A DNA stretch of 64,000 nucleotides from Nitrospirales bacterium (GTDB lineage: Bacteria > Nitrospirota > Nitrospiria > Nitrospirales > UBA8639). The stretch spans positions 3,552,001 through 3,616,000 of the forward strand of contig OY820905.2 of assembly GCA_963555755.3 (NCBI GenBank), in the 5' to 3' direction. How positions within the stretch are numbered: the first letter of the stretch is position 1; each line of letters starts with the position of its first letter. This document shows positions 40,846-49,844 of the stretch, piece by piece. The notes under the pieces were generated by a model. It had not been told where the DNA came from. It searched no databases and saw nothing but the letters and a program-made list of their open reading frames with translations. The translations under genes and the position numbers were made by a program.

Positions 40846-41676
40846 ATAACCACGTACCAAAGATAGCGGAGCAGTCTGCGACCCCCAGACCCACATGAAG
40901 CGCTGTTGGCAACCCATCCGCGTTCTATTTGGTGGCTAGTGGATACCCTCTTTCTCTTGTGTCGCTGCACGATCTCATCGTGCAGCGACACAAGAAAGAA
41001 TGCTCATACGAAGGAGAGGCAGGGGCAAAAAGTTCCCTGTATTCAGATTGAGATGGTGGTAGGGGTAGAACCATGAATTCTGTATGATCCCTTTTTTTGC
41101 GCACAACTGCCGTTTCTAGGATTATGAAATCCAACTTCGATATCACGGACCAGTTGCAAATTTGGTGGAATTGGGACCTATTCCATGGCCCGCCGGAGGT
41201 CATGGGGATCGTGTTGGGGGGGCACAGCCTGCTCAGGCGTGGCGGGAATGGCGAGATTTCTCCCATCCTCCTTCGCCAGAGCTTCGGCGGACAAGGGGGT
41301 CGAAATGACAAGAGGGGGAAGGGGTAAGAAGCAAGTCTGGTTGGAGGAACAACCTAGAAGGCTCCCTTCTGTCATTTCGAGTGCAAGGAGAAATCTCTTG
41401 GCCCGAAAGAACGTGACCCGGGCGGGCATGGGGGAGAGTTCCTCGAAGGGTCGAAATGACAACGGACGACGTGTGATACGGGCGAAGCGTAATAGAGTTT
41501 AGCCTACCTCCACCAAAATTGAGATTGATCCGATATCACTCAGCTCTCCAAAGAAGAAAAACTGGATCAATCGCAATTTTGGTGGAGGTAGGTGAAACCC
41601 TCGTTGATTAATCCCGTGAAGGGTCTGTCCCAAACCATAGCGCTATTCCAAACGTCCTGAGTCAACAAAACATTGA

Positions 41677-42005
41677 GGGCCTGTTGAATATCTCACACCA
41701 ATAGCCCATAAAAGCTTCAGATGAGCCCGGCATTTTCAAGGGGAGGGAATGTTCAAAAAAGCATGCCCTGAGTCTTTCCGAAGGGTCTATCCAGTCCTGT
41801 CCTGAGCAGAGTCGAAGGAAAGGCCGCAGCCATTTTCACGCGCGGAGCGTACTCTCAGTACGTGAGCACGGCAAAAGGGCGACCTGCCTACGCGAAGCCG
41901 CTTCGGCAGGCATGGAACCGCTGGCTTGTCAGCCGTAGCTTTAGCGCTCGTCCGCCGAAGCTTTTTGCGAAGGCGGGAAGGCTGGCGGCTTTTTTCAACA
42001 TTCCC
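41677..42005. mobile_element. MITE family A long form with nested palindromes
   Basis: GGGCCTGTTGAATA...GGGAATGTTCAAAAAAG...TTTTTCAACATTCCC with inserted CCTGAG..CGAAGG and GCCGAAGC..GCGAAGGC hairpins. Confidence 0.7.
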
Positions 42006-42410
42006 AATATCTAAAGCGCAAACTCCAACGCCAACCGTCCTGCGGCTTGGGTTTCATCCCCACTCATCGCGGTATAGTCCATGCCAAGCAGCAGGTGCGT
42101 ACGGTCATGTATCTCCAGGCGGAGGGACGCGCCAAGGCTGCCACCATAGACGCTGTCATCACTGGCTGAGGTAAAGCGAAAGTCACTGCCGGAGAGGGTG
42201 GCGTGGATGTCGTCGTCATAGGTGTGTCGGGCGAGTACGCCGGCCCGGAGTTCGAGATGGCTGGTGTCGAGGGTGTAGCGGGCGGCCAGTTGGAGACGGC
42301 TCTGCAGGGCGTGGACGGTGCGGTTGTCGATGCTGAGGTTGGAGCGGGTGGTGCCGGTTTCCCGGTAGGCGTCATACCAGGCGATGCTGTAGGCGAGGGT
42401 GGCTTGGGGG

Positions 42411-44988
42411 CAATGGCATTCGTTTAAGGAATGGGCGGCATTCGTTTAAGGATTTGGCTCATTCGTTTAAGAAACGGATTCCATGTGCTTAAGGGACTTT
42501 CAGATAGAGGCCATCGACCCTGTGGGGTTCTTGGACTGGCTGTTCTTTTTGGGTGGATGCCACGTGGACTCCGGTTTCATGGATGTTCGAGGATAGGATC
42601 GGCCCGGCCTCACCCGTTGGTAGTGACTCACAATGGACTCGAAGGCCCGTTGGACGGCGGTCTGCATCCGAGCATGGAGCACGAGCAGATCTTCGAAGCT
42701 TCGCGCAAACACGTGAAGGCAATGTTTGAAGTTGGTCTTGAATGTCCGCCTCGCCCCGGTGCCGGTTCCAACTATGGACGATCCGGGAGGGGCCATGGGC
42801 TCAGCTGCGGGGGCTTCGGGATTGAGTGCGTGGTCCGCCCGATTGGCGAACAGCCGGTTCATGGTGATCAGGACGAAATGCGCGAAGAGCTCTTGTTTGA
42901 CGCCGCGCTCGGTTTTGGCATGAAACTCCTCGATGAGGAACAGGCGCTTGCTCACCTTGTAGAGTTCCTCGATGCCCCAACGGGCATGGTAGAGATCCAT
43001 GAACTCCTGGAGCGGATACCGCTGCTGGGGGCCGACCAGGGTGGTGCCCAAGCAAAATCGGCTGCCGGCCATCTCATATTTCAGAAGCCGCAGGCTCAAC
43101 GGGATGATGGCGAGATCAGGATAGACCGCCCGGATGTCTCGTTGCGTGCGTGCGGCGGGGAAGAGGGTGACCGTGGTGTCGGTGTCCGGGCCGGCAAAAA
43201 ACTCTTGAATCTCCTTGAACCCGCTGTCTTGGAGACGAAACACGGCGTGGATCCCGGCGGTCCAGTGCTGATGCAGCAGGACGTAGGAGAAATAGCCTCG
43301 ATCGTACACCACGACATCGTTGGGCTTCAGCACAGCCAGGTGCCGCAGGGCGCACCGTCGCTCGTTGCCATGCGCGACGAGGTCGAAATCCCAGGGCACT
43401 TGCGACGTGAGGTGGTAGAGGCAACTCAGCAACCCTTGAGGATAGTGTGCATTGTCAGAGGGCAAGGGGTAGCCACACGCCCGCAACGCGCGGGGCAGTG
43501 TAAGCTTGGAGCCATCGACGGCAAACACCCGATGGCCCAACCAGGTGTCGTTGGAGTCGTGTGGGGCATAGGCGTCCAGAATGTTCCGGTTGACGGACTG
43601 GAAAATGGCTTCGTCCAGTTTGCGACGTGCGACACAAAAGGACGCCGGCGCGATGCTGTGGGGTTGCGGGAGCGCGAGCGCCAGGTTGTCGCAACTGTCC
43701 CACAAGTCATCAATGGTGGTGCCGTAACTTTGGGAGTTGGTTGACGACACCAACCGAAAGATCAACAGCATCAGGATCAGGGAATCGATCACCCGTTTCC
43801 GGACGCGCCACTGGTCATCGTACTGGGCCGCCACGTCGTGGAGGATGTGGACCACCTGTTTCCACCAGGCGACAAACCCTTCCCCGACGGACCGTGTGCG
43901 ACTGGCTCGCACGTCGTTGCGATAGCGTGTCTTCACCGTGACGGCTCGATGCCCGGCAGTCAGGCACGCGCGCCAGTCGGGTTGGAGCGGATAGAGAAAA
44001 ATCTCTTTTGTCGTGGGTGGACGGTCCGACGTTGAGCCAAACCGCCCGCGCCCCTCGGTGTAGCCCACGAAGTGCCAATTGGCCGCTCGATAACAGGTCC
44101 CGGCAAACCGGGAGGGATCGATGAACGTTTCAATCAGCACCGGGCGATAACCGTAGACTTCAACCCAGTCGTCCCCGATCTGCTTGGTGGCCCGCGCCAG
44201 CACATGGCTGGCGAGATTCGGCACGTCAATCCACGGAAAGATCAAAAACCGATCATTGCGCAACACCAATGGCAGGAGCTTCCTCCGGTGCGTCACGTCC
44301 CAGCCAATCCAGTGATCTCTGGGGGCCAGCGCCCAGGCGGCCGAGGCCGAAAACAGCAGACAGCCCAGCGGGTACGGCTGGGCGGCCGATCTCACCAGAT
44401 AGCCCAGCTGGGCCCCGATCGGGTGTTTATAGCCCAAATAATGATAGGTCTGCAGGTAGGCTTTCCAGCTCTCGCGTTCCTCTTTCGAGACCACCCGGTG
44501 CAGGGTAATTGGGGCCACGGCGGCGAGGGTGTCGGTGAGTGGCTCGGTGGGGGGCGGCTCGTGAAACGCAGGGATGGGGTGTCCCGGCGCGCGCTTGTGG
44601 CGCGTGGCCGGCAGAGTCACGATCCCGTGCGCTTCCAGCTCGGTCAGCAAGGTCAAACAGGAATGAATCTTGTTGTGGCCCGTCGGCGTGGTCCAGCTGA
44701 GATGCTCACAGACGGTGAGGGCCAATTCCTTCCGACTCAGGTGGGGGAACAGCTGGACGGTTTCTTGGACCTGCGCCAACTGCTTGCGGGTGAACCGCCG
44801 CCCGCTAAAGGTCGTCTTGGGTAAGGTGTCCACAGTCTTCATCGAGGATAGTCTCTCAGAAGACGGAAAAGAAGTCAAGCGAAAAAGGACACCAGGGCGA
44901 CTTCGGTTCAGAAGCCCTGATCAATCAACCAGTTCCGCTGATAACAGAGAAGGCAGATTGTTCGTTCGAACCAAACCGAATGCCATTG
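42411..44988 (-). mobile_element. IS4-family element encoding a DUF4338-fused transposase
   Basis: TIRs CAATGGCATTCG(T/G)TT; 10-bp TSD GGCTTGGGGG (42401-42410 and 44989-44998). Confidence 0.93.
42500..44842 (-). CDS. DUF4338 plus IS4 DDE transposase fusion (~780 aa)
   Basis: YHYLGY..RDHWIGW..NLAS..ETFIDP..GTCYRAANW, then FAVDGS, YDRGYFS, YHARWGIEELYK, RPGRSYPR. Confidence 0.9.
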   Translation of the reverse strand: MKTVDTLPKTTFSGRRFTRKQLAQVQETVQLFPHLSRKELALTVCEHLSWTTPTGHNKIHSCLTLLTELEAHGIVTLPATRHKRAPGHPIPAFHEPPPTEPLTDTLAAVAPITLHRVVSKEERESWKAYLQTYHYLGYKHPIGAQLGYLVRSAAQPYPLGCLLFSASAAWALAPRDHWIGWDVTHRRKLLPLVLRNDRFLIFPWIDVPNLASHVLARATKQIGDDWVEVYGYRPVLIETFIDPSRFAGTCYRAANWHFVGYTEGRGRFGSTSDRPPTTKEIFLYPLQPDWRACLTAGHRAVTVKTRYRNDVRASRTRSVGEGFVAWWKQVVHILHDVAAQYDDQWRVRKRVIDSLILMLLIFRLVSSTNSQSYGTTIDDLWDSCDNLALALPQPHSIAPASFCVARRKLDEAIFQSVNRNILDAYAPHDSNDTWLGHRVFAVDGSKLTLPRALRACGYPLPSDNAHYPQGLLSCLYHLTSQVPWDFDLVAHGNERRCALRHLAVLKPNDVVVYDRGYFSYVLLHQHWTAGIHAVFRLQDSGFKEIQEFFAGPDTDTTVTLFPAARTQRDIRAVYPDLAIIPLSLRLLKYEMAGSRFCLGTTLVGPQQRYPLQEFMDLYHARWGIEELYKVSKRLFLIEEFHAKTERGVKQELFAHFVLITMNRLFANRADHALNPEAPAAEPMAPPGSSIVGTGTGARRTFKTNFKHCLHVFARSFEDLLVLHARMQTAVQRAFESIVSHYQRVRPGRSYPRTSMKPESTWHPPKKNSQSKNPTGSMASI

Positions 44989-45889
44989 GGCTTGGGGGTG
45001 GAGTGTCAGTCCTTGATCGAGGGTGTAGGCGGTGGTGAGGCTGAGCGCGGGGCTGAGGAAGCCGCTGTCAAAATCGGTGCGGGCTATTTCTATGCCGGCG
45101 AGGTTGTCGATGACCCGGCGGTGGTTGTCATGTTGTTCATAGCCGCCGAGTAGCGAGGCGGTGAGGGCTAAGGGGCCGAGGTGAATCTGCGCATAGCCAC
45201 CGACAAAGAGGCTGTCGGTATCGGTGCTAATGGATTGCCGTTCGGTGTCGATGTCAGACTGGGCAGCCCCGCCAAAGACACCGAGACGGGTGTGTTGGAC
45301 GTTGGTGTCGTAGCCGCCCATGAGGCCGGCGTAGTCGTGGTCGTAGGCGAGGGCCTGGCCTTCGGCGCCTCGATGGCGGTGGGCGCCGAAGAGTTGGCCC
45401 CATGCTTGCGAGGGGCGCGGCTGAACCAGGAGGCCGGGCGTGAGTCGGATCGTGGCAAGTTGTATCTTGGCGGGGGCCGGTTGGGTCAGGCGGTGTTGGA
45501 TTTGTTCATGGAGGCCACCAGTGAAGGTCGCGAGGACGGCACTGTGAACGGATTGTCCTGTGGGGTCGACGAGGGTGGCGACGGTGCCGTTGTGTATCCC
45601 GGCAACGCCATTGAGGAGGTTGATGGTCTCGGCATTGTCCAAGGTCAGTGTGGCGGAGGGGTTGGCGCCGTAGATGTTGACGGTGTCGTTGCCACCAGCT
45701 AAATCTATACGGCCGATGATGTGCGAGCCGCGATAGAGATTGAGCGTTTCGGCACCGGTTCCCCCCAGGATAGCGGTGGTGGCGTTGCCGGTGGCTGAGA
45801 TGAGGCCGTGGTTGTAGATGGTGGTGGTGTTTCCGGCCCCGTCGGCAGAAATCCCCACCGCATCGGGGCCGGTGACGTTAATGCTGCCG

Positions 45890-46510
45890 CTGTTCGTTAT
45901 CGTGGCGTTGTCGCCTATTGACCGGATGCCGTGAGCACCCTCACCAATCGTCGAGATGGTCCCGCTGGTCGTTATCGTGGCGTTGTCGGCTTCTGACTGA
46001 ATGCCGCTAGCATTGTTACCCGTCGTCGAGATGGTCCCGCTGGTCGTTATCGTGGCGTTGACGCGTTCTGACTGGATGCCGCTAGCATTGTTACCCGTCG
46101 TCGAGATGGTCCCGCTGGTCGTTATTGTGGCGTTGTCGCCGAATGACTGGATGCCGCTAGCATTGAAACCCGTCGTCGAGATGGTCCCGCTGGTCGTTAT
46201 CGTGGCGTCGTCGCCTCCTGACTGGATGCCGTTAGCACCGTCACGCGTCGTCGAGATGGTCCCGCTGGTCGTTATCGTGGCGTCGTCGCCTTCTGACTGG
46301 ATGCCGCTAGCATTGGTACCCGCCGTGGAGATGGTCCCGCTGGTCGTTATCGTGGCGTTGTCGCGGACTGACTGGATGCCGTGAGCCCCGGTACCCGCCG
46401 TGGAGATGGTCCCGCTGGTCGTTATCGTGGCGTCGTCGCCGAGTGACTGGATGCCGTGAGCATTGCCACCCGTCGTCGAGATGGTCCCGCTGGTCGTTAT
46501 TGTGACGTTG
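45890..46510 (-). repeat. 8 x 75-bp (25-aa) coding tandem repeat TITTSGTISTxGxxAxGIQSxxDxA
   Basis: GAGATGGTCCCGCTGGTCGTTAT recurs every 75 bp from 45953 to 46478. Confidence 0.93.
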
Positions 46511-47349
46511 TCGGCGGTTGACGCGATGCCGAAACCGCCTGCCACATTAAGCTGCCCCCCAGCCTCGATCACCCCGGTTTCATTGTCGTTGTCGAGCGTC
46601 TGCGTCGTGGTCTCCACCTGCCCCTCGCTAATCGTAAACGAATCTGCCTGGACACGGGCTGTAGCACCCCCTATCACGATTATCAGACAGACACTCAACG
46701 CGGCCTGTGTATATTTCATATTGGGACCTGGCCTCCACTATATCCATTTTATGGATGTTCATTGGACCTATGATGACAATCTACTCCATGTCAAATAAAT
46801 ATATATGAACCGAAATAATAAGGCAATCAATCATTGCTTATAACCATTTTTGCCACCACAATAGGTATTTTTACACTATGGTCGGTCTGCAGGAGTCGCT
46901 CATCGGGCTGAAACCAAAACGGTCCTTCTCAGCCCGCATCTTCATTGAAACTAGAAACGGCAGTTGGGCGCAAAAAAGACGTGGAAGCTATTGGCGTGCA
47001 TGGTGAAATACAAAAAGTCGTGGTCACCTTAGGTCTGTCATTTCGAGTGCAAGGAGAAATCTCTTGGCCCGAAAGAACGTGACCCGGGCGGGAATGGGGG
47101 AGAGTTCCTCGAAGGGTCGAAATGACAACGGACGACGTGTGATACGGGCGAAGCGTAATAGAGTTTAGCCTACCTCCACCAAAATTGAGATTGATCCGGA
47201 ATGTTCAAAAAGGCCGTCCAGTCCTGTCCTGAGCCATGTCGAAGGGAAGGCCGCAGGGCTTTTGGCGAGTGGAGTGTACACGGAGTACGTGAGCACGCCA
47301 AAAGCCCGACCTGCCTGCGCGAAGCCGCTTTCAGCCTTATATAATACTC

Positions 47350-47560
47350 TGGAGTTTTTGTGTTAGGGTTTTTCTTTTTATTCATTGTACCGGACTCCGG
47401 GAGCTTGCTGGGTCGAGGACCATTCCGGCCTGAGCCCTGATGAGGCTCATACGAAGACTGTCCCGCCCAGTCAAGGAACGGCGTGAGACGTTCCATAGGA
47501 AGTTGTCCCACTGAGGACCGATATAAGGCAAACGAGCCGTTCGCGCTTCTGGGAAGGGTC
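47350..47560 (+). ncRNA. predicted IS110 bridge RNA
   Basis: Target loop TTCCGGCCT / hairpin / TACGAAG and donor loop CCATAGGAAGT / hairpin / ATATAAG match the flanking target and the circle junction. Confidence 0.8.
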
Positions 47561-47577
47561 CAAGAAAGGAGAGACGG

Positions 47578-48801
47578 ATGCCACGGTATTACATGGGAGT
47601 GGATTGGGGCGATGAGCAGCATGGGGTCTGTGTGCGAGAGGAGGCGGGCTCCATTGTGTGGGAGGACCTGGTACCCCACACGCCGAAGGGTTTGCAGGAG
47701 TGGGGACGGCGTTTGGATACCTGGCGTGCTGCGGGGATCGAGCTGTGGGCGGCCATTGAGCGACCCGAGGGGCGGGTGGTGGAGTTCTTGTTGGATCATG
47801 GGGTGGTGGTGTATCCGATGAATCCGAAAGCGCTGGATCGGGCTCGGGATCGCTTCCGTATGAGTCCGTCGAACAGCGATGGCTTTGATGGGCGGGTGCT
47901 GGCCGAGGTGCTGCGAACCGATCATGCCCATCTCCGGCCGCTGCAGCCCAGTTCGGAGGCCGCGCAAGAATTGAAACTCCTCACCCGGGATCATAAGCGC
48001 TTGCAGCAACAACAAACCCGGGGCCTGAACCAACTCACGAGCACGCTGAAGGACTACTATCCCCGGGTGCTGGACCTGTTTGGCGACCTGACCACGCAGG
48101 TGGCCCTGGATTTTCTGCAAACCTATCCGACCCCGGCCGCGTTGACGACAGTGCGGCAGAGTCAGTGGCAGCGTTTTGCGCGTGCGCATCGGCTGGGGCC
48201 GGCGCGCACGGCGGAGTTGTGGGACGAGCTCAAGGCGCCCCAGATGCCCGTCCCCGCACATGTGGTGCGGACCAAGGCCCGGCTGATGGGCGTGCTGGTC
48301 GGCCAGGTTTTGCTCGCTCACCGAGCCGTGCGGGAGTATCACACGGAGATCGAACGTTTTTTCGCGACCCTCCCGGCGGCTGAGTGGATGCAGAGTCTGC
48401 CGGGAGGGAAAAGTGGGACCACGATTCCCAGTGTGTGGGCCGAACTGGGCGATGCTCCGGGCCGCTGGACCTCGTGGGCTCACCTGCAGGCGGAAGCGGG
48501 GACCGTGCCCGTCACGCGGCAGAGTGGCAAAAGTTGCGTGGTGCGGTTCCGCTTTGCGTGTAACAAGTCCCTGCGGCAGGCCATCTGGTGGGTGGCCTTT
48601 CAGTCGCTGACCCAGAGTGAGTGGGCCAAGAGTGACTATCAGCAGTGTCGGGCTCGCGGGCACCGGCATAATCAGGCGATGCGCGCCTTGGGGGCGAAAT
48701 GGCTGAAAATCATTTTTCGGATGTGGCAGCATCAGGTTCCCTATGATGAGCAATATCATGTAGCAAACATGACCAAGCAATACCTACGTGCAACTGCGTA
48801 A
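47578..48801 (+). CDS. IS110-family recombinase
   Basis: RuvC-like GVDWG, AIE, SDGFD; C-terminal VPVTRQSGKS catalytic-Ser motif; AGGAG RBS. Confidence 0.95.
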   Translation: MPRYYMGVDWGDEQHGVCVREEAGSIVWEDLVPHTPKGLQEWGRRLDTWRAAGIELWAAIERPEGRVVEFLLDHGVVVYPMNPKALDRARDRFRMSPSNSDGFDGRVLAEVLRTDHAHLRPLQPSSEAAQELKLLTRDHKRLQQQQTRGLNQLTSTLKDYYPRVLDLFGDLTTQVALDFLQTYPTPAALTTVRQSQWQRFARAHRLGPARTAELWDELKAPQMPVPAHVVRTKARLMGVLVGQVLLAHRAVREYHTEIERFFATLPAAEWMQSLPGGKSGTTIPSVWAELGDAPGRWTSWAHLQAEAGTVPVTRQSGKSCVVRFRFACNKSLRQAIWWVAFQSLTQSEWAKSDYQQCRARGHRHNQAMRALGAKWLKIIFRMWQHQVPYDEQYHVANMTKQYLRATA

Positions 48802-49610
48802 ACAAAAAGAACTTGACAACCCCATAGGAAGTCTTCGTAGCTCACTTCGGCGAAGTAGGCTCGGCAGGCAAGGAACGCGCTGGCTGGCCTGCCGAAGCCT
48901 TGGCGAAGGCTGGCGGCCCTTTTGAACATTCCCCGAAAAGGATCGGAAGATCTGGCCAATTCCAGCGCACCCGCAGTAGATCCGTCTCATCTTGGACAGG
49001 CTCCTACGTGCGTCAAGAGCTTGCGCGGACTTTTGTGATCCCACTGCGGTTTCTAAGTTGAACATGTCCGTGGACGAATCGGAGGTACGCTGACAGGGGA
49101 TTTATTGGTGGGCGATGCCCACCCTACCAATTCATATATGGGGAGGGCACGATAAGATCGTGCAGCGACACAAGAAAGAATGCTCATGCGAAGGAGAGGC
49201 AGGGGCAAGAAGTTCCCTGTATTCAGATTGAGATGGCGGTAGGGGTAGAACCATGAATTCTGTATGATCCCCTTTTTTGCGCCCACCTACCGTTTCTAGG
49301 TTCAACCTCATCCGCGCCGGCCAGAAGTCGCATCCTCCTATCGGAATAGGACAATACAGAAGCCTTAGACAGACCTTGCATGACAACGGGAAAGAATTGA
49401 AACGTTGCGGGGAAAGATTTGCGAGATCAGGTGCGGAAGATACGTGGGCGGAAAACGGTCAGTTTGAGGTAGAAGCAAATTTTGGGTCTTCTCCCAACCG
49501 AGTGGGTAGATTTGAGTGAGAAACTTTCTGAAAGGCTTGCCAAGGAAGAGGTTGGTGGGTTTTCTACCGGGAGAACAGTGGCCCAAATTTCTTGAAGCTT
49601 CACGCTGGTC

Positions 49611-49828
49611 CCTCCCCTTTGTAAGGGGAGGATAGGTGCTGGCGCGCCGAAGCGTTTTGGCGAAGGCGTGGGGTAGAGAGCCCGCGACAACGAGGGAGTC
49701 TAGGTATACTGAAAGCCCGGACCGGATTCCACAGCAGGCTGCTGACGTTATGCGGAATCAAGCTGCGGGCTCAAAGGCAACTGTCGCATCCCTCTACCTC
49801 CCCTACCCCTCCTTACAAAGGAGGGGAG
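49611..49828. repeat. inverted CCCC(T/C)TTGTAAGGGGAGG-type palindromic repeat pair
   Basis: CCTCCCCTTTGTAAGGGGAGG ... CCCCTCCTTACAAAGGAGGGG downstream of the HD-GYP gene. Confidence 0.65.
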
Positions 49829-49844
49829 TGAAAAACGGCAGAAG

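Larger units (their letters stand above)
42011..46719 (-). pseudogene. autotransporter/adhesin interrupted by IS4
   Basis: Signal peptide, 25-aa repeat passenger, beta-barrel; frame resumes after the IS (HPQA|TLAYSIAWYDAYRETG...RLALEFAL*, stop 42011-42013). Confidence 0.88.
47338..48834 (+). mobile_element. IS110-family element (core CT), no TIRs
   Basis: Junctions TTCAGC-CT|TATATAAT... and ...TTGACAACCCCATAGGAAGT-CT|TCGTAGC; inserted in a palindrome inside a family A MITE (47198-48933). Confidence 0.88.

Noticed and set aside
42431..43744. 437-aa ORF on the + strand
   Set aside because: Antisense to the IS4 transposase.
34496..44988. Complete Druantia defence system
   Set aside because: Only DruA-like domains inside IS elements; no DruE helicase or DruB-D genes in the window.
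45890..46510. CRISPR or DGR-like repeats
   Set aside because: In-frame 75-bp coding repeats; variation is not adenine-specific, and the only RT is a group II intron type.
47170..48780. 536-aa ORF on the - strand
   Set aside because: Antisense shadow of the GC-rich IS110 gene; no recognisable motifs.
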